Shown here: piece by piece, positions 49,901 to 62,600 of the stretch
How positions within the stretch are numbered: position 1 is the stretch's first letter
Layout of the letters: every line of letters starts with the position of its first letter
Assembly: GCF_964355755.1 (NCBI RefSeq)
Contig: NC_092674.1
Span: 29,016,001 to 29,080,000, forward strand
From: Antedon mediterranea
Taxonomy: Eukaryota; Animalia; Echinodermata
Direction of reading: 5' to 3'
Length of the DNA: 64,000 bases
The notes under the pieces: model-generated
Told to the model about the DNA's origin: nothing
The model's database searches: none
Seen by the model: the letters and a program-made list of their open reading frames with translations, nothing else
Program-made: the position numbers and the translations under genes

Positions 49901-51979
49901 GTGATGCAATACATGGTATGCAATAATCTCAAGATATGTGATAATGTTTGTAAAATATCATAAATAATATAGTAACATTAATAAACATTCTGAATAATAT
50001 ATAATACAATCTGATGTTTTTCTGTAAATACATTATCAAAATTTCCTTTGCGAAGAAAATTTTGTATTAACTTTTTTTCTTTTTGTTTTATTTCTAAATT
50101 AAATAATCAGAATGTCTAAATAAAGTATTCATGTCAAAAATATCGATTAAAATGGAATGTGAATTGAATTTAACACGGCAAAGTAAAATACTCAGCGTCA
50201 ATATAAATTCATGGAGCATTTCTGTAAAAGAATTAAATTAGGAAATAACACCAACACATATCAAGGCTTAAGTTCAATGTGAACAGACTAATATATAATA
50301 CACACTAACGATATAATACACACTAAATAAATGAATTAATATTTACATCATGGACGGATATTATTTTATGCTAGAACCTAGGCTTAATAACTTAATGTCA
50401 TAAGCTCTATCTACACTATCAAATTAGTGACAAAAAATGTGTGGTGTGCCCAAATATGATAGTAATATGCCCAAATATGATATGATGTCACATAAAGCCT
50501 AATAGTGTAGACAGAATACATTATCAACATTTCCTTTGTGGGCGAATTTTAAAAAGTGAAGTGTAGACAGAGCTTTACACAGTAGTACAGTAGAACCAGA
50601 ACAACAAATAAGTTATTACTCATGAAGATAAAAAAATTGAATCATCCATCTCAATATTTGGAGTAATTTTTATACTGTTAATTACCTTATAATGGAAACA
50701 TTAGACGTATCTGACTTTGTTGAGAAAATATAGCTCCTCGGACATCTCACTGTTTCCATACGAGCATACTAGGAATGATTGTAAGCATCCATTCAAATAC
50801 GCTTTTTATTTTTAAATTTATACTTTTACCCCTTGCAATTGGTGAATGAAAACGGGGCTATCCAATTAAAATTAATCAAATATTTGGTCTTTTTTATGAC
50901 ATTGTTCAGTCTCGTCCCCAACATCTACTCTTCTGTTTCATGTGATGACAAACAATTTTGCTTTAGCAGAATTTCTTTAATCACTATTTTACTGTTAGGT
51001 TTTTTGAAAAACCTCTTAAATCAAGATGCTTATTATTACTTCTAGCAATGTGAAGTTAACTTAGGCTATAACCTTGCGATTATGTACAATGGGTAGTTAT
51101 TCATCCTTCATTCAATGCAGTACTTCAATAAAATTGTCAAAAATTATTTTTATAACTAAGTGCAATACAGTTGAGTAATTAACTACAGCAAATTGCATTT
51201 CCATTAGGCAACTCGTTTAGATGTGAACAAAAATACAATATCTTTTGACATATATTGACATCAAACTAATTGATGCATTTATGATAAAAAAAAATTGTAA
51301 AATTATATCATAAAAAATGGTGTTTCCATGGATATTAACATTATTGCATAATTACATAAACTGTTGTTTGTACATTAGGTACAGGAGAAATATTACTAAC
51401 ATTTTTAAGAAATACAGTGCGTCAGAGAGATAACAGTAATTGCAATTTATCACAAGATAATGTCTCTAGGGTAAATAATATCTAATATGTATATTTCAAG
51501 GAGTAAAGTACATCAGAGAGTACTGTAAGCAAGTATTATGGATGTGTTTTTCATGCAATAAACTGTAAATTCTCCCATTTCTTGTCTTTATTCAAGTTTT
51601 ATTATAATATATTAAGATGTATTGTCCTCAAAAAATGAAGATTAAAAAAATCATAATTTCAATAATAGGCCATTTTGCCGTTTTAATAAAATTATTTACT
51701 TCCGTAGAAAAACAGAAAGAAGACCAATAATGATTCACTTATAAATGGATAAAATAAACGGTTAAATTTAACTGCAAAATATATTGTCTGACAATGCAGT
51801 GACTATTTTTTCAGGTAAATAATTTTGTTTAATCCAATTTATAGTCAATGCAAATAACTATTATTTGACATTAAAATGGCATATTAAAAAAAAAGGAAAA
51901 ATAGATAAAAAAATAAAGATAAATGAATGTGAATTGTGGCATTGCAGGTTGGTTAACATGTATGGTGAGGAATCACAGG

Positions 51980-52085
51980 GTAGTAGTAGTAGTAGTAGTA
52001 GAATTAGTAGTACTGTAGTAGTAGTAGTAGTAGTAGTAGTAATAGGATTAGTAGTAGTAGGATTAGTAGTAGTAGTATTAGTAGG
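51980..52085. repeat. Imperfect (TAG)n microsatellite
   Basis: Runs of GTAGTAGTA. Confidence 0.9.
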
Positions 52086-53074
52086 ATTTTATCATGGGCT
52101 AAAACAAATTGTCAAATAAAATGTAACATTAACATCATAATTAAACTTTCTAATTCAAACAGTGTAGAATATATGATAATTCACTGTAATTAGCGACTAA
52201 TAGGTGTGTTTATACTAAGTTTTTCTGATACGCAATTTGTTCATCCTGCCTTGTGGGTAATATTGATGATTTTAATGACTTTCCAATACTAACCTCATCT
52301 GAAAATGCAATTTCATCTACGGTAATGAGCGAGAGGCAATATAGGCCATCAAAATACCAACTTTGACATTTACAAACACAGTGAAAATCGTAGATATTGT
52401 CTATTACCTTTTATCTCATAAAACAATTCATAGTATGTACACATAAGCATTCTTAGTAACTTTACATCTACATACAATGCTATGGTTGCATTTAAATTTA
52501 ATTTTTATGCATAAATTTTATATATTTTTTTTATTATTAACACACATATCATTGGTGGATCCCGAAATGTGAAATAGGATCATGAATTTAGCGGTTTTTG
52601 TTTTAATTTTGGTATAAATTCAGAAACACAGGCTCAATTTTCTTATTTCTCAATATTTCTGAGAGTTTATACTTTGGACATTATTAACACACAACATCAG
52701 TGATGGACATAGGGGTTTTTTTTTTTGTATCAATTCAGAAACATACTGTTAAGTTCTTTTAAACAATATTTCTATCTACAATTTAGATTTTGTAAAATAA
52801 GGCAAGATTTTAGATTACAAATAATATACAAGTATCTGTATAATTTTCAAGGTTAATAACATACTGTACGTATTGCTCACATATTTTTCATAATCTATCA
52901 AGATGAAAGTAACAAAAACAACATCACACTGAACATCCATCTCATTCATACGTCTTCACTACACTAAATCACAGATTAATTTCAAATAAGGCAAGGCTGC
53001 AAATTACAAATTAGCATACTTGTCAATGTCAATAGGATTTTGTGTTAAATCTCTGCTTTAATAACATTATATTA

Positions 53075-53455
53075 CCGTGTTTATTCAAATAAACGTCGCA
53101 CTTTGATTATTCCCTCATATAACATCATTTTAAAATAAACGCCCCCCCCCCTTCAAATAAACGCCCCAGGGCCTTTATTTATTTCCTCGAATAAACACCC
53201 GGCACATGCATACACAATATTTTCTATTTGAAGTAGAATTCATTGATTGACATGATCTACAATTTGGTAAGAATTTTGATACAACTGTATTTTATCACTT
53301 TTCAATATTAATTGTGTTTAATATCTAGGAGGGTATTCATTTGATATACATGTTTCCATATTACACCCAAAAAAATAAACTCCTCCTTGAATAAATGGCC
53401 CCTAAAAACACTCCTGAACAATAAACGGCCCGTGGTGTTGATTCAAATAAGTATG
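53075..53455. mobile_element. Tc1/pogo-like MITE; same family as the insert in both foldback arms (32065-32390, 33243-33550)
   Basis: TA|CCGTGTTTATTCAAATAAACG...; repeated AATAAACGCCC-like motifs and shared internal sequence. Confidence 0.7.
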
Positions 53456-53641
53456 TTATTCACAAATTTAACTTGCTTGATCGATCAAGATGCACCGAGG
53501 TGACAAGAAGGATGATTGAGATCTCTTGAAGCATGTTTTCACTCATCAGCTTCCAATTTCTTTCATTTGTCTGTGTTGCAATTAGAATTACAAGCTGAAG
53601 GCTACAAATTAGTAGAATATTTTGCTCATATATATCGACTT

Positions 53642-53652
53642 CTATTCGTTAT
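53642..53652 (-). CDS. NEK1: NEK1 terminal coding segment (11 nt, NNE*)
   Basis: Long polypyrimidine tract then ttttag|AT AAC GAA TAG; gives ...FTENNE* similar to vertebrate ...YQEDNDE*. Confidence 0.8.
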
Positions 53653-56600
53653 CTAAAAAAAAAAAGAAAAAAAGATGAAATAATGTACAAGTTGAAATAG
53701 AATATAACATGTTGTATGAAAACAGATTTGGATGGAGGTAGGTAGAGTGGGGTGACTGTCTAAGAACCAAAAACACTCAAGAACCAATAATGTTATGGTG
53801 TGGCCTGATATTTTAGAACTCCATAGATAATATACATGATGTAGTGTATGATATATATTAAACAAGTTGTAGGAAATTATTTCATTATTAACACACACAC
53901 AAATATTCAAATTACAACAACACTCCGATTGGTATTCTTCACAAGGCTGAAAACACATACACAGTGACTGTAAGTTGAGCTCATTTACATATCAAGCAGG
54001 TGTAGCCTTGTTAACATTCCTTTGTGTTGGTGCAACTCAGTACTGCATTGGCCATGGAACAGAGAGCACATGGTGATAGTGCAGCAAGTATACTAGTGGA
54101 ATTATTAGCAGAATTTTGAAGAACAAACATATGGTAAGTGGTGCTTGAATTTATCTAAATAATTTAAGCTGCATTACAAACAATTATTCTTTTAAAAACC
54201 ATTAGTTCTCTGTTCAGACAACCTTTTTTTTGGCTAGCCCAAGTGATTGTTGAGTAGGACTTAACCTACAGTAGCTGGTCAGTAATTGTATACAAAGATT
54301 AACCTGTTACTTGTCAGGATTTTTTCCTCCACTCTCAAAGACTTGTAATAAGACTTGGTTTATGTAGAGTATATTGTGTATATGATCAGCAATTGTTGGA
54401 TGGATTACCCTCATTAAATATGGTAAAAAAACACCCCATCTAGTTTAATCAACCTTCTTGAAAGACTAAACCAACCAGAGGTAACACAGTCTGCACCTGA
54501 TTGAATGTACCACCTCATGTTCTAACTCTCTGGTTATAACATCTAAAGCCAGGCCACAAATCCTATCAGTTGTAGGACACAACCACCTATCCCATTAGAT
54601 ATTTGATTTGTATTGAACATAGTATACTGTATATAAATATGAAGGAATGCATTGAGAGAAACCTTTGCTATGTTTTACACAAACATGTCTAATTTTCCGT
54701 AACAGTGAAGTCTTACAAAATGAATTTATGGTTTCTAATAAAGAATGCAAGACTATACTAATAAATGAGAAACATTTTATGACTGAGAAAAGTTATGTAA
54801 ATAAAGAAATATGGCTACAGAATTTACACATCAACCAGATAAGGAACATCAAATACAAGTTTAGTCTGAGTCATACCTTTAACTGTAGCAGATTGTTATG
54901 GAAAAAGAAAATAAATTTTAAAAAATCAATAATTTTAATAATAAAAATAAGCATATTATACTGTACTAATATTAAATATGTTTATTGAAAAAATTGTAAT
55001 GAAAAAAAAAATCAAAAGACACAGTACATAAAGCTCTGTCTCCAAACATCAAACCAAATATGATAGTGATATGACACCATCATGTCCATATATGATCACA
55101 TCACATTTGTTTGTCACATGAAGTTTGATAGTGTAGACAGAGCTTTATTCTTAAAATCTGGAGAAAACACAACCACTGGCGCAGCCTTCCAGACACTTAG
55201 AAATCAAAATTCAATCGTGACGTTGGCTAGGACATCATATGCCACATTCTTTCATTATTAACCACCCCATAATCATTCATGTAATTGGTAATTGTAAATC
55301 TACCGGTCTTTAATGTCCATATAAACTGCTTTGATGAAAGGCGCAATAAAATACTTCATGTTAAATGTGTGCACTAAATTCTTATTAATTATGTCTTGAT
55401 TTTTTTGGATTTTTTTTTGCGTTGTTCAGTGGCCACAGACTTGTCCCAGAGTGTCCATGGCACTGCACACGTAAACATGTTTTGTCTGTGTACTTGTGTA
55501 TATAAGGAAGGACGACAGTGACGGACTTAAGTCTCTATGTCGTCCGTCAACAAAATTATATTTGTTTTATTGTTTTGTTTAGTCTATGTATATATGTTAA
55601 TGTTTGATTTTGGTCGAAATAAATGTTGAATTAAATTAGAAAACTTACTCTCTGTAAAGGCACTGTCAGCCATGACAAGTTGAAATATCTTTGGGTACAG
55701 GTGGGTCTTCTCCTTGCCTAGTAGTTTATTGGCTATTTGTGTACCTTCTTCTATATTTTCATCCTCGTCTTCATGTATAGCCTAGAGTAAAACAATCGTC
55801 AACTGAAAGGTCCGCTAATCAACTTAACTATGATGCATACGCCATAAAATAAATTCAATATTTCAACTTTAATTTATGTTATCATCAATAATTATATCAA
55901 AAATATTTTGAATCATCATATAAAGAAATGTATATGTGGATGAAGGGAGAAAAACCAATTTTGGCATGAAGAGGTATTTAGAAATGACACTAACAAATAC
56001 ATTTTACGGTTTTAATTTTTAATTCATCTGTACGATCTCTGTCAAACAACTTTCAAATTTAATCAAGTCATCATCAATAATTATATTTAAAAATATTTTG
56101 AATCATCATAAAGAAATGTATATGTGGATGGATGTGACTGGTGTGGATTGAGAAAACAGATTTAGAAGAGGAATTTAGGAATGGAACAAATTTTAGGTTT
56201 AGTTTTTAATTTATCTGTACAATCTCTGTCAATATTTCAAATTTAATCAAGTTATCATCAATAATTATATCAACAATATTTTGAATCATCATAAAGAAAT
56301 GTATGTGTGAATGGATGTGTGGGGTATGGATGGAGGGAGAGAAAAAAAGATTTAGATTTCTGCTTCTCTAGTGCAACGGTTGGCGCAACTAAAATAGATT
56401 GAATACCTGAATAGATTTGTACACCTGTAGGAATGTTTCACAACCTAGTTCTTGTTCCAGTTCAACTCTTGATTCCTCCAGACGACAGAAAAGGTCGTCA
56501 TCCTTTTCCAGAATGTCGTCATCCTCCCCATCACCTAGGCAAGCAAAAACAGGTTGCTGACATATAAGTTCTGTCTACACTATCAAACTAGTTTGTCAAA

Positions 56601-59600
56601 AAAGTGTGATGTGCCAAAATATGGTAGTGGTATGACATAACCGTGTCCATATATGGGCATTTTTCTTGTCACATAAAGTTTGATAGTGTAGACAGAGCTT
56701 TAAAGAGGTAGCAATCTTTGTACAGAAAGACTCAATACAAAATATCTGTTTATTTACATCTGATGATTAGAAAAATCTGAAATCTGTCTAATTTACAATG
56801 ATACAAAAATAAACAATGTATTCCTTTGGAGTTGCATGCTGATTGGAGAAACTTTTGGCCTAATTTGTCACCCCTTGGCATAATAAAGCTATTTGTTGCT
56901 TGTTAAAATTCTGTCTACACTATCAAACTGTATGTGATATACCCATATATGGACATGATGATGTCATATTACTACCATATTTAGGCATATCACTACCATA
57001 TTTGAGCACACACTTTTTTTGTCAAACTAGTTTAGTGAAATAAACAATGTATTTTGTTCATACCTGAATCCCAGTCCTCATTGATCACTTGACCAGACTC
57101 GCCGTCATCATCGTCATCATCATCATTGGTTGCTGCTGCGACGGCGTCCACCGAAGCCGCATCGCTTTCTTCTGGTTTGACACCTCCCTCAACATGTTCA
57201 ACAACATCATTCTCCAATTCGTTCTTCGCTTCATTTCCATTCTTCTCATCTAAAAGAAAACTACTGTTTTATTACATGCTAATTGAACACAAAGAATAAT
57301 GACCCAATCAATCAATTCTTTGTATGTTTTTTTTTTTTTCCTCTTTGGTGAGTGTGTCCCATATTTATTCTTTCCATTTATACATAAATTACATAGAATA
57401 CAGATTTTTTTACACTTTCTTCTTACACACCTAATTCTTATGGTATTATATTTTTTATACATTAATATAAGTATACATGTATTTTAATTTTATTCAGTTG
57501 ACAACCAACAGCGATGAAACCACCACTATTTGAATCTAAACATAATAAACTATAATAATACATTCAAATAAGCAACAATAACATAAACAAAGATTAGAAC
57601 ATTATAGAGATTTAACAATGTTACCCTTGAATACATTTAAACTATCATAAAATAAATCAATATCCAAACAAGTAACAAGCACATTAAATGTGTTAGGCAA
57701 CCGCTGAAAAATACCTCGTTGTGTGCATTCAACACGACCACAAGGAACGTGAAGCAAACACTTGCTGCGAGTACGAGTTTTTTTATTTTTTATAAATTCT
57801 TTGTATGTTGACAAATTAGACATTACATAGGTTAGTAGCCTACAGCTTAATCACCAAAAAACATGTACTTATTATAATATCAGCTTATTAAATTAGAAAA
57901 TTATAATTTCAGTATTCATCATCATTATCTGATATTCATTTGCTATGCAAAACCTTGGTTGAGTATAATTGCACAGTCGGAGGGTTTTATGAAGTACAAA
58001 TGGAATGTACACTGAACATCAAATGTTAAGTCCTTCTTTGAGAAGACTTGTTCTATAGCATCAGAACAATGATCATTACATCACATTACAACATCAAGGA
58101 GAGGCTCGAATCATGTGCTGATTTTATAGGTTTATTTCCGGCAGTCGTGCCGTAACTATGTAGGTCGCAGATAAATCCAAATAATAATAAATAATAATTT
58201 ATCTGTCTTTATATTTAAGCATGGAGCTATAAATAGCTCTATGATTTAAGTATTTAATCACACAATGAAAGATATAAATAACATATTTCACTTTATATAG
58301 CTGTTGTTATTAATCATTCATTCAGTATAATTGGCAAGTTAGTTAAAATTAGAATTGTTTAATAATTAAAGGACAACTTGACAAAGGACAGTATTTTTAC
58401 AATGTATTACCATTAGAGATGTACATATGATTTCAGAACAATCGCGAGATTAAGGATATCGCCGTACAGATGTTGCCGTAAATTGCTGTGACGCAAAATC
58501 TACTACTAATCCAGATAAGCAAAAGAAACAATAAAAAAAAAATCAACATTTATATTTTTTACGATTTATTTACAAAGTGTGTTTACTAGAAATTTGCCAG
58601 ACTTTGCCAGAAAACTCATTACGTAATTTTGCGATGCACCTGTGAAATCACAGCAATTTACGGCGATGGCTGTACTACGATATCCTTAATCTCGCGATTG
58701 TTCTGAAATCATATGTACATCCTTAATACATTGTTAAAATTTGGTCCTCGGTCAAGTTGTCCTTTAATATTGGATTCCAAAGTCAAATATTTACTTACAT
58801 ACACATACATTTAATAATTTCTATCAATGGTTACATAAATTATAACAATTTATTTATGATGCTAATGTGTTTTATTAAAATCTCTTTGTCCATTTAGCAT
58901 AATTGTGTAAAATGGGACTACATAATTGAATTGTTATTTAAGCCAGGAGAAATACATTATATAGTGCAAAATTTGTGTAAACTCTTATCACCAGATTTTC
59001 AGGGGTATACAGTGGGTCTTTAGAATAGAGCAATGGTTTGACCGTACTTACCCATGTGAGTCAGGACAGACTCCATGTTTTCCAACATACTCTGATAAAG
59101 ATCATCTTCATCTATAACCCTTTAAAATATGTATTACAATTTGGCATTTAATTGGAAAATAAACAGTTTTACAAAATAAAAATATATTTTTGTCAATCAC
59201 AAATCATTACTGTATATATTAGTGTAGTATATACCCACAAGTCTACTACAACTTTGGTTTTTCAAAATCATTCATATGATCTAAGTTTCCCCAGGACAAC
59301 TAACTAGTTTGATAACAAAATGTGTGATGTGTCCCCAATATGGTAGTGATATGACATCAACTCTCCCAATATCATACTTCTTGAAGTCCAAACAGTCTCA
59401 AATTCATTTTTAACATTAAAAACACATTCCGAACACCAACATTTTTCAGAAAAGCAGACATATCAGGGCAGCCGTAAGGTGTCTGGTATTGAGAGAGTAG
59501 ACGGTATTTACAACATCATCTTGTTATATAAATTATGTGAAAATGTTTAGCTTGTATTTTACTTACTCGTCTTCTTCCTCCTCCTCCTCCTCATTGCCTT

Positions 59601-62600
59601 CAACAACATCATTTGCATCCTCCAACTGGATATCATCTTCAACCTGCCCATCATGGATTTCAAGGAATGGGTTCATGGCAAGGGTTGTACGGAACAGTTT
59701 GCACAAATCCGGCTCAGAACACGTCCTTAGTATCTACAAAAAATCAATGCTCAAAAATACTTTTCCGATTGTGAAGCTCTGTCTACACTATCAAACTTTA
59801 TGTGACAAAAAATGTGATGTGCTCATATATGGACACGATGATGTCATATTACTACCATATTTGGGCACATCACACTAGACAGAGCTTAACACTACAAAGC
59901 AATGTACAGAAACAAGGCTTTTGTGGTTACAAATTTTAGGAAATATCTTCCCGCTCTTTGGTTTATTTAACTATAAAATCTATTATATAAACCCTTACCC
60001 TGACATCTGTATCAAAGTGACCAGTCTGCAGACCTGACAACAGCTTAGACCCTCCTAAAGCATTAGGCCTGAGGAGAAATTCAGAAAAATACAATATGTA
60101 CACTACCAAAGTAAATATTTAACATATTTAATATATTGGAGGCAGGAGCAGTAATCAATGTAGTATGTGGCTTATCACACTATTTTACACCTTGTACATT
60201 ATAAAGCTCTCTATACTATCAAACGTTATGTGACAACAAAATGTGATGTGCCCATATATGGACATGATGATGTCATATTGCTCCCATATTTAAGCATATC
60301 ACTTCCATATTTGGGTACATCACACATTTTTGTCAAACTAGTTTGATATTGTAGACAGAGTTTACATTAAAATTTTTCTTAATGATTAAAACATGAGTAA
60401 CTTACGGACTACTTTCAATGTCCTCCACATCAGCGCCTTCGTCTTCTTCTAAGTCCACTTGGTTAATCAAACCTGAAATAAAAGATCATTTAAAAGTACT
60501 TTATTATTCTCAAAACAAAAAGAAAGTTAATTAAAACTTAAATTATGTATTTGTGTATGTACATGTACTAGGGCTTGCTTGCCACATCTTTTGATTAATA
60601 GAATCTGGCGTTACTTTTTGAGTTTTGCCCTCTTCCTTCATATTACAATTTATATTGGATATTTGTTGTTATTTTATTCTGGAAGAAATAGTTGATTTAA
60701 TTTTTATTTTTGTTTTATTTATGATTTTTGATTTTTTTTATTTTGATTTGAAAATGTATGTTTTTTAATTGGTCCCAATACATTTTCCATGATTCCAAAA
60801 TCAGTCCAATTTAAAGACAAAAGGGCTAGTAAGTTGAAATATACTAATTTGTGTTGATTGTTATATAAAATTATCCACTAAAATAGCACTAGCATTATAA
60901 TCAATGACATTTATGCATTTATATATATTATATGCATTTGTAAAAATAACTATTATTTAATAAAACTGCAAAAATAATTAGTATGCATTATTAGTCTAGT
61001 AAATATTAACTATAAACCATTAAATAACTATAAATGCAAAAAAACACAAAACTATTATAAATAAGAAATAAGAACTAAGAAAACTTATTAGAATATAATT
61101 AATAGTTTTAAATGGTTATATTAACAGTAAATCAATTAATAAAAATAACCATTATTCAATAAAACTGCAAAAATACTTAGTATGCGTTATTAGTCTAGTA
61201 AAACCATCATAACCATTAAAATAACTAAAACTGCAAAACACAAAAACTATTATAAATACTTAAACATATTAGAATATAATATTAATAGTTTACATGGTTA
61301 TATTAACAGTAAATCAATAAAAATTCATATTTGACAAAAACAGTCTAACTACTATGTGAATAAGATGGTTTGTATTAGTAATATTATAGGATGTTTTAAA
61401 CCAATATATAAATGATGTACACAGTAGAACTCTTTCTTTGAGATACCCCTATTCAGGGGACACATTGATTAAGGAGTTATGTATGTTATACCACTATGGC
61501 CAACCCCTATTCAGGGGACACATCGATTAAGGAGATATGTATGTTATACCACTATGGCCAACCCCTATTCAGGGGACACATCGATTAAGGAGATATGTAT
61601 GTTATACCACTATGGCCAATCCCTATTCAGGGGACACATCGATTAAGGAGATATGTATGTTATACCACTATGGCCAACCCCTATTCAGGGGAGACATCGA
61701 TTAAGGAGATATGTATGTTATACCACTATGGCCAATCCCTATTCAGGGGACACATCGATTAAGGAGATATGTATGTTATACCACTATGGCCAATCCCTAT
61801 TCAGGTGAGACATCGATTAAGGAGATATGTATGTTATACCACTATGGCCAATCCCTATTCAGGTGAGACATCGATTAAGGAGATATGTATGTTATACCAC
61901 TATGGCCAACCCCTATTCAGGGGACACATCGATTAAGGAGATATGTATGTTATACCACTATGGCCAATCCCTATTCAGGGGACACATCGATTAAGGAGAT
62001 ATGTATGTTATACCACTATGGCCAATCCCTATTCAGGGGACACATCGATTAAGGAGATATGTATGTTATACCACTATGGCCAACCCCTATTCAGGGGACA
62101 CTTCGATTAAGGAGATATGTATGTTATACCACTATGGCCAACCCCTATTCAGGGGACACATCGATTAAGGAGATATGTATGTTATACCACTATGGCCAAC
62201 CCCTATTCAGGGGACACTTCGATTAAGGAGATATGTATGTTATACCACTATGGCCAACCCCTATTCAGGGGACCCATCGATTAAGGAGATATGTATGTTA
62301 TACCACTATGGCCAACCCCTATTCAGGGGACACATCGATTAAGGAGATATGTATGTTAATGTTATACCACTATGGCCAACCCCTATTCAGGGGACACATC
62401 GATTAAGGAGATATGTATGTTATAACACTATGGCCAACCCCTATTCAGGGGAGACATCGATTAAGGAGATATGTATGTTATAACACTATGGCCAATCCCT
62501 ATTCAGGGGAGACATCGATTAAGGAGATATGTATGTTATAACACTATGGCCAACCCCTATTCAGGTGAGACATCGATTAAGGAGATATGTATGTTATACC

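Noticed and set aside
51865-52119. Poly-Val/Ser membrane protein ORF
   Set aside because: Translation of a (TAG)n microsatellite.
54000-54133. Plus-strand exon-like block (cag|...|gtaagt) inside a NEK1 intron
   Set aside because: The signal-peptide-like frame stops internally and I found no partner exons.
59537-59878. Ser-rich plus-strand ORF
   Set aside because: Antisense shadow of an acidic NEK1 exon plus a MITE.
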